This document shows, in pieces, positions 48,473 through 63,072 of a stretch of DNA of 64,000 nucleotides (its first letter is position 1; each line of letters starts with the position of its first letter). The stretch comes from Octopus sinensis (Eukaryota), in assembly GCF_006345805.1 (NCBI RefSeq), contig NC_043014.1, forward strand, positions 37,634,001 to 37,698,000. The letters are read 5' to 3'. The position numbers and the translations under genes were made by a program. The notes beneath the pieces were generated by a model, which made no database searches, was not told the origin of the DNA, and saw only the letters and a list, made by a program, of their open reading frames with translations.

Positions 48473-49450
48473 GTAAAATAATATGTGACAATATTCAATA
48501 GCCAAGATAAAATCTCTGAGTTTCGGATGCGAAGTGGAAATCCCAACACCATCTCTCATATATATGGTTGTATGTATATATATATATTATAATATATATA
48601 TATATATATATAATAATACATATATATATATGTATATGTATATATATATATGTGTAATATATATGTGATATATATATGTGTATATATATATGTGTATATA
48701 TATATGTGTATATATATATGTGTATAATATGTGTATAATATGTGTATATATATGTGTATATATATGTGTATATATATATGTGTATATATATATGTATATA
48801 TATATATGTGTATATATATATATGTGTATATATATATGTGTATATATATATATGCATATATATATATGTATATATATATATATTTATATAAACTGCTCAT
48901 AGTTCTAACGATAAGGTGGAGAGAACTCGGTCAGTGGGCGCTTTTTTTCCATGCCGAACGAAAGGTCATGTGTCACAGTGACCAAGTACGTTCATGGCGG
49001 AGCGCTTGATTTTCGAACTTTAGATGGAATTCGTTTATATTTGAAGTCGGTAGTCGAACCTGACTGCCACAGTTTAGCGCACGCACGCACGCACTTGTTT
49101 ATCATGTGATTGTGTGTTTGTCTTTTTTTGTGATAGTATAATTAATATTTTTTTTTCGCTATGACAAGTTTCAATCCCACTTTCTTTTTTTCTCAATACA
49201 AACCCTTTTTAAGTATGTATTTTATGGCTCTGTTGCAAGAATTAAGTGTTATATTTCAGAAAACGTGGCTGGAAGTCTTTCGAGGATGTGTTAAAATAAT
49301 CTTAGGAGATTTATTTCGTTTCCCTTGTGTGTGTTTTATCTTCTACTGTTTTGTTTTCTGCGTGTTATAATAATCTACACACACACACACACACACATAG
49401 ATACATACGCACATACATATATATACGTACTTATATACATATACGCGTAT

Positions 49451-49487
<37 letters not shown>

Positions 49488-49807
49488 AAACTTAGATTTA
49501 GGTAAACTTAGATATGTTTCGACCAAAGATTGGTCCAGGCCATGTCTAACTTAATAGCACCACCTGATAATATATAAATATATGCATATATGCATAGGTA
49601 TATGTACATACCTACATATATATGTATATATATATATATATACATGCATATATGGGTACAGGGCAATGAGAAACGAAAACATAAAAACAAAAATATAGAA
49701 AACGAACTTTTTGAACAACGAAAAATAAATCAAACAAACAGAGAAACGAGACATGCAACAAAGATCTTCCCCTTCATCAGTTGTCCCTGTTTCATCTACT
49801 GTATATA

Positions 49808-49870
<63 letters not shown>

Positions 49871-50388
49871 ATATATATATATATATATAGTATATATTAT
49901 ATACATACAGAGACATACATACATGCATACACACGTACGTACATGCATATGCATTCATATATAAATACATACATACATATGCATGCGTACATGCATACAC
50001 ACATTTGATGCATACGTACATACACACACCTATGTACATCCATCCATCCATCCATCCATCCAGCCATACATACATACATACATACATACATACAAACATA
50101 AATACATACATACATAAATACATACATACATACATACATACATACATACATACATACATACATACATACATAAGTACATATGCATGCATAGGTATACACA
50201 CACATTTTGCTTGGCTGAGTTGTAGAAAATAAAATAGTGTCACTTGTTACTTGGACGCTTCCATTTATTATTTAATGTACAAGTGTGTGTATGTACGTAT
50301 GTATGCATATAAAAATATAAATGTATGTCTACCTATAATATGTCTGTCTGCCTGCCTACCGGCCTGTCTGTCGGTCGGTCCGTCTGTC

Positions 50389-50470
<82 letters not shown>

Positions 50471-50699
50471 CAACTATCTTCGTGGTGTGTGTGCACGCGC
50501 GTATGTATACCGCGTTGCATAATGTTCAATAAGTAGTGTAGTACTCGATCATTTAAAAGAGTAAAAATATTAGAGCCACATAAAACTCATGTAAAATTCA
50601 GTTACACAGGGTTTAAACAAAAATAAACTAAATTTCACATGTTTGTGGGTTTTATGTATATATCGCCATATTGAATCGTTAGCCCCTACACGCAATTTT

Positions 50700-50900
50700 T
50701 TCTCTCTCCTTGTTTCTTTTCTGTGTATCTTTCTGTTGAAGAGCGTAGGCTCGAAACGTGAAAGACTTGTTTTTATTTTTATTCCTGAGCGCCATACTAA
50801 TACATTATTTGTTTGTACTCCACCTGCCTTCGTCTTTTGTTTATTTTCGTAAACCTGCCTTCGTCTTTTGTTTATTTTCATAAACCTTCCCGTTATATAT
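50700..50900 (+). mobile_element. Penelope-like terminal fragment with hammerhead-like motif
   Basis: TCTTT-CTGTTGA-A-GAGC-GTAG-GCTC-GAAA-CGTG-AAAGA at 50728-50765; ~30-bp internal tandem duplication; ends at (TA)n. Confidence 0.55.
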
Positions 50901-51358
50901 ATATTCATGTATTCTATCGGTCACTTTTGCCCAATCGCTAAGTTACGGGGACGTAAACACACAAGCATCGGTTGTCAAGCGATGTTGGGGGGACAAACAC
51001 AGACGCACAAACATACACACACATTCTTTCTTTCTCTCTCTCTCTCTCTCTCTCTCACTCTCTCTCTCTCTCTCACACACACACATGCACACGCGTTTCA
51101 AATATTGAAACAGACCCTTGACAAAGGAACGAACAGAAAATTCAAAAACAAGACAGCCGTGCTCTTTCCTCGTCAGTTATCGTTCAAAAAGATCATTACA
51201 ATTTCACGCTTTTAACGATAACATTGTTGAATTTAGGAGGTGTCAGCAGCGAAAAACTGTTGGAAATATCGAACACTGAAGACAGTGACGAAAGCAAACA
51301 TTGCACATAAATGTGAACATGCAACAAATAAACAAAATAAACAAAATACACCCACTCA

Positions 51359-51392
<34 letters not shown>

Positions 51393-51648
51393 GACGGGCT
51401 TCTTTCAGTTTCAGTCTACTATATCCACTCATAAACCAGCATTGTTAAGCGCTGAGATGAGGGGGGAGGACAAACACAAACACACACACATTCATATATG
51501 TGTGTGTGTGTATGTGCATATATATATACATATATACGACGGGCTTCTTTCAGTTTCCCTCTACCAAATCCATTCATAGTGCTTTAGTCGGCACGAGGCT
51601 AGATAGATGGATAGCTATTTGCATGTGGGGATAATAATGCTCTTTCAT

Positions 51649-51687
<39 letters not shown>

Positions 51688-51876
51688 GTAATAATAATAA
51701 TAATAATAATAATAATAGTTATAAAAATGAAAGAGAAAAGAAAAGAACCCCACAAATATTTTCATGTGATTTATTCAATAAAAAAAAGGGGCTGGTATTT
51801 CCTTTTTTATTGTCGCCCCAGCTTGATATTTAATGAAGTGTAGTTAGTATATTTGAGATACATGTTATCTCTCTCT

Positions 51877-52087
51877 TTCTCTTTTTACTTGTTTCAGTCA
51901 TTTGACTGTGGCCATGCTGGAGCACCGCCTTTAATCGAGCAAATCGACACCCGGGACTTATTCTTTGTAAGCCCAGTACTTATTCTATCGGTCTCTTTTG
52001 CCGAACCGCTAAGTGACGGGGACATAAACACACCAGTATCGGTTGTCAAGCAATGCTTGGGGGACAAACACAGACACACAACATACA

Positions 52088-52129
<42 letters not shown>

Positions 52130-52156
52130 ATATTACACACACACACACACACATAA

Positions 52157-52191
<35 letters not shown>

Positions 52192-52463
52192 CGACGGCTT
52201 CTTTCAGTTTCCGTCTACCAATCCACTCACAAGGCTTTGGTCGGCCGAGGGCTATAGTAGAAGACATTTGCCCAAGGTGCCACGCAGTGGGACTGAACCC
52301 GGACCATGTAGTTCGTAAGCAAGCTACTTACCACATGTATATTTTTCATAATTTCGTTTTTATTTTTTTTCGGAATGATATGGTAGTTGAAAAAAAAAAA
52401 TCTGACTACTTCATGCAATATAAATGTGAAAATTGAGTTTTGTACGTACACACACGCACGCAT

Positions 52464-52523
<60 letters not shown>

Positions 52524-52547
52524 TATTAATATATTATATATATATAT

Positions 52548-52619
<72 letters not shown>

Positions 52620-52642
52620 TATATATGTATATATGTATGCAT

Positions 52643-52676
<34 letters not shown>

Positions 52677-54014
52677 AACAGGTGGCCTATATATAACTAT
52701 ATATATATGTGTGTGTGTGCATATATATATATAGGTGCAGCCACATGGTTCCTGGTTCAGTTCCACTGCCATCTTGGTGTGTTTACGACCCCGTAACTTA
52801 GAGGTTCGGCAAAAGAACGGCGATAAAATAAGTACTAGGCTTACAAAGAATAAGTCCAGGGGGCGAATTTTTCGACTAAAAGCCGGTGATATGTACTCTC
52901 TTTTACTTGTTTCAGTCATTTGACTGCGGCCATGCTGGAGCACCGCCTTTAGTCGAGCAACTCAACCCCAGGACTTATTCTTTTGTAAGCCCAGTACTTA
53001 TTCTATCGGTCTTTTTTGCCGAACCGCTAGGTAACGGGGACGTAAACACACCAGCATCGGTTGTCAAGCAATGCTAAGGGGACAAACACAGACAAACAAA
53101 CACACACACGCATATATATACATATATACGACGGGCTTCTTTCAGTTTCCGTCTACCAAATTCACTCACAAGGCTTTGGTCGGCCCGAGGCTACAGTAGA
53201 AGACACTTGCCCAAGGTGCCACGCAGTGGGACTGAACCCGGAACTATATGGTTGGTAAACAAGCTACTTATCACACAGCCACTCCTGCGTCTCTCTTTTA
53301 CTCCAGCCACTCTCTTTTACTCTTAACTTGTTTCAGTCATTTGACTGCGGCCATGCTGGAGCACCGCCTTTGGTCGAGCAAATCGACCCCGGGACTTATC
53401 CTTTGTAAGCCCAGTACTTATTCTATCGGTCTCTTTTGCCGAACCGCTAGGTAACGGGGACATAAACACACCAGCATCGGTTGTCAAGCAATGCTAGGGA
53501 GGACAAACACAGACACACATACATATAATTTATACATATATATACAAGAGACCGATGAATAAGTACTGGCTTACAAAGAATAAGTCCCGGGTCGAGTTGC
53601 TCGACTAAAGGCGGTGCTCCAGCATGGCCGCAGTCAATATGAAACATAAAAAGTAAAGAAGAGTAAAAAGTATATATACGACAGGCTTCTTTCAGTTCCG
53701 TCTACCAAATCCACTCACAAGGCTTTGGTCGGCCCGAGGCTATAGAAGAAGACACTTGCCCAAGATGCCACACAGTGGACTGAACCCGGAACCAAGCTAC
53801 TTACCACACAGCCCCTCCTGCGCCTGTACGTATACATGTTGCTGGGTGGTAAGTAGCTTGCTAACCAAACCACATGGTTTCGGGTTCAGTCCCACTGCGT
53901 GGCATCTTGGGCAAGTGTCTTCTGCTATAACCTCGGGCCGACCAATGCCTTGTGAGTGGATTTGGTAGACGAACTGAAAGAAAGCTGTCGTATAATGTTA
54001 TATTATATAATATA

Positions 54015-54082
<68 letters not shown>

Positions 54083-54701
54083 ATATATGTGTGTGTTTGT
54101 GTGTTTGTGTTTGTCCCCCTAGCATTGCTTGACAACCGATGCGGGTGTGTTCATGTCCCCGTTACTTAGCGGTTCGGCAAAAGAGACCGATAGAATAAGT
54201 ACTGGGCTTACAAAAAAGAATAAGTCCCGGGGTCGATTTGCTCGACTAAAGGCGGTGCTCCAGCATGGCCGCAGTCAAATGACTGAAACAAGTAAAAGAG
54301 TAAAGAGTAAAGAGAGTATATATATATATATATATATATATACGTAGAGAGAATTAAACGACGTCCTTTAGTCTTTTTTTTAAACGTAGTTTTATTAGAA
54401 AATGTGTTGATATGCCGCTGCAAGTTCTTCCTTTATTTTCATTTCAAGCCAACACTCCTACGTCATAGTGTTTTTTTTTCTGCTTTTCTTTTTTATTCTA
54501 CGACAGCTGCTGAGGTTTTTCATTCACAGCCAAACTTTCCATTCACAGAATTCACGCAGTACTAACCACACTTTACAAGAACGTAATTTGATGCCAACCT
54601 AGTTTAATATGAATTCCACACGTTCCTTCGGGGGAGTGGGTATTGTCTGGTTGTAGAATGGGAATTTAAAAAAAAAAAATACAACTTCCTCCACATCCTC
54701 T

Positions 54702-54747
<46 letters not shown>

Positions 54748-55710
54748 ACTGCTGCTGCTGCTACTATTACTGCATCGGTTTCGTTATTATAAAAGAGCTA
54801 TAAAGTTGGTAGAGGTGGTTAGAGAGTCGGGGTAAATATATATTCCGGTATTTTATTTCATTCTTCAAAGATTTTAAGATCGAATTTGACTCTCTTTCCT
54901 ACCTCCTTCTGAGATTCTGTTAAGTCATTAGCAGTACTAGGATTAGCAGGACTCAATTATTAACTTAATTAGGAGGTTCTGAGGGCGGCGGGTGAACTGA
55001 AACCCATTTAGCATGTTGGCAGAAAAGAATTTTGTTTTTCATCCCGGTTGATTCTGAGTTCAAGTCACGCAGAGTATCAAGTTTGACTTTCTGCTCCGCC
55101 CCGACGTCAGAGAAGCAATAAAAACTATCCTTTATAAAATATGGTACCTCCGTATTTTATTTTCCTGCTACTCTGTCTGTAATTATAATCCGTCATTATA
55201 CTGTAGTCTATCAAGGTGGTTGAGCTGGCACGAAGGGCAAATTGCTTATCGTCTTCAGTTCTGAGTTGGAATTCTACCTAGGTCGACTTAGCTTTTCATC
55301 CTCTCTCTTTACTCTTTTACTCTTTTACTTGTTTCAGTCATTTGACTGTGGCCATGCTGGAACACCGCCTTTAGTCGAGCAAATCGAATCCCGGGACTTA
55401 TTCTTTGTAAGCCTAGTACTTATTCTATCGGTCTCTTTTGCCGAACCGCTAAGTTACGGAGACGTAAACACACCAGCATCGGTTGTCAAGCGATGTTGGG
55501 GGGACAGACACAAACACACACACACACGCATATATATACATATATACGACAGGCTTCTTTCAGTTTCCGTCTACCAAATCCACTCACAAGGCTTTGGTCG
55601 GCCCGAGGCTATAGTAGAAGACACTTGCCCAAGGTGCCACGCAGTGGGACTGAACCCTGAACCATGTGGTTGGTAAGCAAGCTACTTACCACACAGCCAC
55701 TCCTACGCCT
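51877..55710. mobile_element. Dense cluster of family A SINE copies in both orientations
   Basis: Near-full copies 51877-52333(-), 52896-53290(-), 53845-54310(+), 55318-55710(-), plus half copies at 52740-52885 and 53305-53825. Confidence 0.9.
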
Positions 55711-55982
55711 ATCGTAATCGATTAAAAAAACTAAAATAGCTACCAGTTACACACTGGGGTCGATGTAATCGACTCGCACCCCCACCCCCAAATTTAAGGC
55801 CTTGCTTCAATTGCAGAAAGCAAGTGAAAACTAGGAAAAGTTACCCTGGTGTCTATAATTTGCAATAACAAGTGCATGTGTTCTCGAGTTCAGTCTCGCT
55901 GTATGGCACCTTGAGCAAGTATCTTTTACTGCAGTCTGGATCAATGTCTTGTGAAGACTTTGGTAGGAGTGTGTGGAAGTCC

Positions 55983-56013
<31 letters not shown>

Positions 56014-56052
56014 TGTATGTATGTATGTATACATATATATATATATATACAT

Positions 56053-56095
<43 letters not shown>

Positions 56096-56202
56096 CATAT
56101 ATATATATACATATACATACATATATATGAATATATACATACATGTTTACATATACACATATATACATAAATATATATATATACACACACACATATACAC
56201 AC

Positions 56203-56245
<43 letters not shown>

Positions 56246-56247
56246 AT

Positions 56248-56284
<37 letters not shown>

Positions 56285-56290
56285 GTATAT

Positions 56291-57382
56291 GGATTTAATA
56301 TTTCTTATTTGCAAAATGAACCCCCACCCCTTAATTTTGCTCAATTTTTGGTGTATCGATGCAACTTTGAATTTCGTTTACGATCAACCAATTACTTTAT
56401 CACGTAAATTAAAGAATCTGAGGTTATTTGGAATTAAAGTTGGGAAATTTGGGGTAATTTTAGCCAATCAACAGACAGTGTGGCATTAGCAGCTTGTTAC
56501 CATGACAACCGCACGCTGTGTTGTGGTTCACCATTATCTGTGCCGCTGTTGTCTATGTTGATTTTCCACACTTGATTCTTCACACCACGTGATTCTTTTC
56601 ACCTGCGTGTTTTGTTTTAATTTTTCTATGTGTTAGTATATTATATATTTTTCTGTGCTTCTGTGTGTTAGTATTTTTCTGTGTGTATTTTTATATATTT
56701 TTTATTTCATATATTTTTGGGACTCATTGACTCAGATAGCTGGGTTTATGATTTCACCAGGTTAACTCTGTTCATGAAAATTTAAATTAGGAGTATTTCT
56801 TAAGCCGTTACCTTCACATTTCAACAGCTTAACTGGAATTTAGCACACGTAGCAGGAACTGGGAGGGATATAGTGGAACAGAGAAACTGTGGGTGATACA
56901 GATAATTTGACATTATTTTTGAATTCTGCATGCAAAAACGTATAGAGTACAGGCATTCTTTTCCTTGGGACAAATTCTTTGTTGACCAGTGTTATTCTTA
57001 TCGTAGTTTACAAATCCAAACATGAAAACGTTAACTTTGGAGTTTTGGAGACAGACACACACACACCACACACACGGAATGCATAAATGTACATATAAAA
57101 TTATATGAATACATACATCCACATGCAATTATATATTTATGATGTACACAAATACTTGACAGGTATACATAATACTGAAATACGCATTAAGTAAACACAT
57201 GCAGACAAATATATTAATATAACAAATTAAAAAAAATAATAATAAAAGCATACAATCAATGAAGAGACAAAAGAAACAGTAAGATGATACATGTTGATTT
57301 TATTAGGCATTTCTGTTTATTTAAAAACCTACAATGAACAGGTCAGACGCTAAACTATAAATTTCACAGGGTAAAACCTTAA
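56291..57382. mobile_element. Second, inverted and truncated copy of the 40361-42018 element
   Basis: Reverse complement of ~40587-42018 without the SINE; ends exactly at a TTAA. Confidence 0.85.
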
Positions 57383-59550
57383 CCCTTTAGTGTTCACAAT
57401 AATTTGTCAAATATAATCCTTATCTGTTCACATTAATTTTGATTTATTCAGGTTTAAATGGGGTGTCCACAATATATGCTTACAACTTTGTTAATTTCCT
57501 ACATACAGATTTGAAATTTTGTAAATGGTGCTTATATGCCAGTGGTTTATATTTACGTAATTTTAGCTGATCATTCTGATCAAATTTAACTTTTATGGGC
57601 AGGTAAATTTAATTAACAGGTGTAAAAACAATAGCATTATGAATAAACCACTAAAATTCATATTCTTAATGCATCTTACCTGTTTGATTTGTTACTAAAG
57701 CCGCCATCAATTTTACATTTTTACTAAAACCGCCAACAATTTTACATTTTTGAAGATGAGGTACATTAATTTGAATTAATTAAAATAGAGGTGTAATCAG
57801 TACAAGATTTTATTTTTTTCCCTATATTTCATTCAAGCATTTTCATTAAAAATAAAGTACAAAACTCTTTCACTAGTCAATATACCATTGGCTATGTACT
57901 CTTATAGTGTTTTTTCCTGTTTTTTTTTTTCTGCTTTACGTAACAGAATGCATCTCATAAAAAATCTCATTAACAAGTGAGACAAATGTGAATACAGGTA
58001 TATAACATACTGAAAATTAATATGTATTTCTCATTTTCACATATTATTTATAATAAAATGAAAAGGAATATATGATAAAATAATAGTTACAAAATGATAT
58101 AGTTATGACATATTTCTGTCATGAAACTGCCCAAAGCACCATTTACACAAGGGCACTTTGCAAAACGAACGCATATACGAAGTCTCTATATGATACTCTT
58201 TTGCAGTTTTTCTTTTTGGCAGCAAACGCAGTCTGCAAACTATTTTTCTTCCATTTATCTTTTCGACTTTATGAAAGTCAATATTTTCTCTGTTGATATC
58301 CATCTCAGTTAATTTTGCTTTTCTCCCAGTTCTGTGCTTTCTAGACGAAAAGCCCTCACGTAACTGAGATGCGATGTCAACCCGAAATCTTAAATGGTCA
58401 TAGTCCTTTTGTGGTGGAGGTACCTTGTGGCTTTTTACATATACAATGTATGCATTTACTATAGTTAAATTAACTAAAATCCACAAACTGTACTTCCACC
58501 ATTTCTTCCCAGGTCGACCAACTGGGTAAAATTCCCGATATTTGTCAGATTTATCAACCCCACTCATATATTTGTTATAACAAATATTCACTAGGGGTTT
58601 CCCCCAGCACCAACACCAGATTGTTCATTAGTAGACAAATAAAATCTGTCTTTTGTCTTTGAAAGCAGTAGCTAATAAATTTTCCTTTTGCATTTGTAAA
58701 ATGTTCCCTCTTTTTATAATTTTGTTTTCATTTCATGGGGTAAACCTTTACGGTTGCTCGTAACAGTACTGCACGTGTAAGTACATACACAGGCAAAATT
58801 TTCTGCCAAAGCCACTGAAGAAAAAAAAAAATGTCAAAATAGAGGTGTTGGTGCTGATGGTGAAATGGTTCAGTAAGAGACCATACTACATCATGTCTCA
58901 ATCCATGCGGTCTGTTTCCATTATATTTTTTACCTGTGTAAACATCGAAGTTTACAAAATATCCATTGTCTGATTCACAAACTTCCCATACCTTGATTCC
59001 CCATTTAGTGGGTTTGGCAGGTGTGTACTGTCGAAAATGTACTCTGCACTTACAGCCTATCATGGCTTCATCTACACAGATTTTTCTCAGGTAGATACAC
59101 AGTTTTATAACTATTAAGGAGTAAATCAATTACAGGACGTACCTTGTACAGGGGGTCGTAGTTTAGGTCGTTTTTGCCGGGGGCATTAGCAGAATCAGTT
59201 AAATGTAAATACTGAGATATTTTCGAATACCACGTCTTCGACATCATACTTGCGATATACGGATCACCATACCTTATGTCAGGACTCCAGTAGTTCCCCA
59301 TTCGAAGAAGCCGTTTAACACCAAATATAATATTGATTGTGAAAAACGCTCTCATTTCCGCAGTATAAGTTGGCTGCCATAGTGGATCGTTTCTTTCGCG
59401 AATAGAGATTATACGTTGCGCGTATTTGTTTGTTTCCTCCGTAACATTTTCAAAAAAACTTTCCGATAAAAATATAAAATAGATAGTCCAATGATTGAGT
59501 ATCAGGAGGTAAATTGTGTTGTGGACCAGTGTTTTCTGTAAAATCAATAA
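57383..59550 (-). mobile_element. Decayed piggyBac transposon with one recognisable terminus
   Basis: TTAA-CCCTTTAGTG at 57379-57392; transposase on the minus strand; other terminus not found. Confidence 0.8.
58103..59547 (-). pseudogene. piggyBac (PGBD4-like) DDD transposase, frameshifted
   Basis: YDPLYKVRPVID, VDEAMI, PAKPTKWGIKVW, LYFDIFF, YNKYMSGVDKSD, KKWWK and a degenerate C-terminal Cys-rich domain. Confidence 0.92.
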
Positions 59551-59662
59551 TAGTGATTAGAATTAGTGTTGTAATCTTTGAGCATGTTGCTATGTTTACG
59601 ATATCTTTTTCATCACTTTCGTTTTTATCACATGTTTTATGGGGTGTCTATTTCTGTCTGTG

Positions 59663-59706
<44 letters not shown>

Positions 59707-60208
59707 GTATGTATGTATGTATGTGTGTATGTATGTATGTATGTATGTATGTATGTATGTATGTATGTATGTGTGTGTATGTATGTATGTATGTATGTAT
59801 GTATGTATGTGTTTTCAACCACTTGGTGTCTATTGTTGAAAAGACTAAATCAAATCAAAATCATATAATCCGCCGATTAAATTATACTCATGTCACATAA
59901 ATGTAAATTTGATGTACAAATTTGTAATTAATTTATTACTGAGTATTAAGTGAAACAGCTGTAAGAAGAAAAGATGACCGATTTGTTAATAATAAACAGT
60001 TATTAATTTCCTAATCTCTATTTTATTTTCTTCTTTTAAATGGATATAAACTCTAATCTCTCTTAAAAAAATATCTTTTGATAAGCATAACAAATGCGCA
60101 ACCGGTAAAAAGAACTTTCACCTAATTAAATTACTTAAATTATTTTGTCAGCATTTTCTTCATTTCCTTTTTTATATATCACAACTCGTGTTCCACATCT
60201 CCTTTTTT

Positions 60209-60250
<42 letters not shown>

Positions 60251-61603
60251 GACACACACGCACACAATTATATATAAAATGTGTGTGTTTGTGTTTGTGA
60301 CACTCTGCATCGTTTCACAACCAATGTTGGCTTGCTGTTTACATCGTCGTAGCTTAGCGTTCCATTAAAACCATTCAAGGCGTTGTTCCAGTTTGGTCGC
60401 AGCTGAATGACTGAAACAGATTAACGAATTAAGGATTTCAGCCAGTAAACAAGGTTATTGCGTGACATTGACTTGTAACTTACAAACAGCAGTCAACCAT
60501 ATCCCTAGGCCTATTTTGGTCCGGGGTCACATTCTTGGAGGGTTTAGTCGAACAAATCGATCTTGATACATATTAAAAAAAAAAATCTGAAAATTATTCC
60601 ACCAGTCTCTTTGCTGAACCGCTATTTTACGCGGACGTAAACAAACCTATACCAATTGTCAAGTAATGGAGGGAGAATGAACACAAACATAAAAATACAC
60701 ACGCATAAACATACATACATAGTACGTACGTACATACATACATACATACATACATACATACATACATACATACATACATACATACATACATACATACGTA
60801 CATACATACACACACACTCACGATTGCACACACACACATATGATTCAGGTAATACTGTGTCTAATGAAGATTGGCAATAGGCATTATTTGAATTGGATTT
60901 GAACTCTTCAGTATACTCTTTATACCATAAGCTTTATGAGTATGTACAATATATTAACATTCACTCTAATCACCATCGATCAGTACTAAATGACATAATC
61001 AACAGTATCTCCATTATAACATTTGATCTTTCAGCAAATGAAGACATCATTAATAACCAAGTCACCCTATTATAATCAAGCTCTATGTACTAGCGGATTC
61101 TCTGACAAAGTAAAATATGAAGTCTAAGAATTAGCCAAGCTAGATTCTCGGAGACCATTCACAACGCGTTCGAACCCAGCATAGCAACCCATCCTACCAG
61201 AGATAGAGTGCCCACCCCAATCTTCTACTCTATTTCAAAAGATTTACCAGAAGCATCTCCTACCTAACCCTAAGCGCAAGAGCACACACATGGTAGATAA
61301 TCCGAAGCGAAATCGAGATGCCAGATATCCACCAGGAACACAAATTCCATACCCTCACGGTATACCAAATAAAAGTGGGAGGAGAAACATTCTTTAGTTT
61401 ACACCCCGTTTTTCCTTAAACGTCAAGAGCCTACCTCAGCAGTTTTTTTTATATCAAGTCCAATTTCCACCACAACACAAGCTCCACTCAATGTTAAATT
61501 ACCCACAATTAAATTATCGTTATTCGCAGCTCCTAATACCGAATCAATTATAGCAGCATCAAATAGGCGCAAAATTAACCGATATAACTTACATACCACC
61601 ACA

Positions 61604-61604
<1 letters not shown>

Positions 61605-61673
<69 letters not shown>

Positions 61674-61686
61674 TAATAATAATAAT
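61605..61686. repeat. (AAT)n array
   Basis: Direct reading. Confidence 0.95.
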
Positions 61687-62138
61687 GTTTTCTTTATTAG
61701 CCGGACACAAAACAAATAGGGATAATACAGCACAAGGTACAAGTGAGGTTTGGCACAATATCATGTATAAAATAATTAAAAAAAAACAATTAACAATACA
61801 ATTAAACAATAAAAATTCTCCAAAAGGGGCTGTTTCTCTCAGTTACCCCGACCGCCAAGGGCACCTTAGCAGGTGCCTCTCATTTTCTCAACTCTTCCGG
61901 TTTACAAGCGAACGTTCAGAGCAGGCCTATTCACACGGGTAATCCTCGCTACATTCGCCCACCTTTCAACAAAAATACTGGGAGCAGTACTTCCCTCTCC
62001 ACCCTAATTTTCCTTTTCAAGTGGAACTTGCAAAAATCGATGAGAACTTGGCTGAAGAGGAAGGTTTCTGTCTTCAGTCCTTTCTATCTCGTCCACCACT
62101 CTATGACCTTCGCCATAGCCACCAGAGAAAAACTGCAT
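61687..62138 (-). mobile_element. Short 3' fragment of a second Tx1-family LINE
   Basis: SLVAMAKVIEWWTR.KGLKTETFLFSQVLIDFCKFHLKRKIRVER aligns with the end of 33187-35145; different 3' UTR, AATAAA then (ATT)n. Confidence 0.85.
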
Positions 62139-62900
62139 AATACCAGGTAGTAGCTCTCATAGCTTCTGATCTTAACTTGTTGGAAGTGTTATCATATATA
62201 TGTTTTGTCTTTCTGCAAAAAAATGGCCTACAGCAATTATTCTGCTCAATACCTATTTCTTTATTACCCACAAGGGGCTAAACATAGAGGGGACAAACAA
62301 GGACAAACATAGGTATTTAGTCGATTACATCGACCCCAGTACGTAACTGGTACTTAATTTATCGATCCCGAAAGGATGAAAGGTCAAGTCGACCTCGGCG
62401 GAATTTGAACTCACAACGTAACGGCAGACGAAATACTGCTAAGCATTTCGCCCGACGTGCTAACCACGGACTTGCTTGTCAGTTGTTTGACCGTAACTAG
62501 TTTAATACGTCCCTTAGTGGTTCACAATATGTGCATCTCTGATCACGAGCAGCAGTAGTGAATGGGGGAGAGGTTATCATAGCCATGTGCTGAGAGGGAT
62601 TTATGAGCTTTGAATAATTCACCTCTGGTAACATGGGTATTTCGTTCATAATCCTTAAACAACCTTTATTCAGGGACATTTTTTAGTGGGATGGGCTACT
62701 CGACCTGAAGAAAATTCTAACTGGGCCCCACCTGCAATATCATGCGCTGTTTATCTTGATATGAGGTCACCATGCTGCGCACATATGGTCGTGATGCACG
62801 TGCCTGGTGTACCTTATCAGACGGGTAGTGGTGTTGGGTATATTGGTCCTTGTGTATTTGTACCCCAGCGTCACTTTGATGGCGTGCGCTACTCCTTCTC
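62139..62900 (+). mobile_element. ~540-bp AAT-associated element, copy 2 (contains a SINE at 62253-62464)
   Basis: Colinear with 63454-63994, more diverged; followed by (AAT)n. Confidence 0.85.
62253..62464 (-). mobile_element. Family B SINE, Tx1-tailed subfamily, 5'-truncated
   Basis: Joined at CTCAATAC|CTATTTC. Confidence 0.88.
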
Positions 62901-62910
62901 TTGTTTTTTA

Positions 62911-62959
<49 letters not shown>

Positions 62960-63072
62960 CAACAACAACACCTGTAATGTACACAACACAGAAGGGCAAT
63001 CTATTATGATTGGTAACAAAGGTAATAACTCTAATAATAGCAATAATAACGACAACAACAACAATAATAATC

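Noticed and set aside
49505-49560. Hairpin GACCAA-TCT-TTGGTC-GAAAC on the minus strand as a hammerhead
   Set aside because: CUGANGA core is missing; it sits beside a mariner-like TIR fragment.
54507-54582. Possible 76-nt plus-strand exon after a poly-T tract
   Set aside because: Weak donor, unrecognisable peptide and no supporting neighbour.
55242-55676. Recurrent ORFs with FQSFDCGHAGAPP / GRPEAIVEDTCPRCHAVGLNPEPCGW
   Set aside because: Antisense translations of the family A SINE; not proteins.
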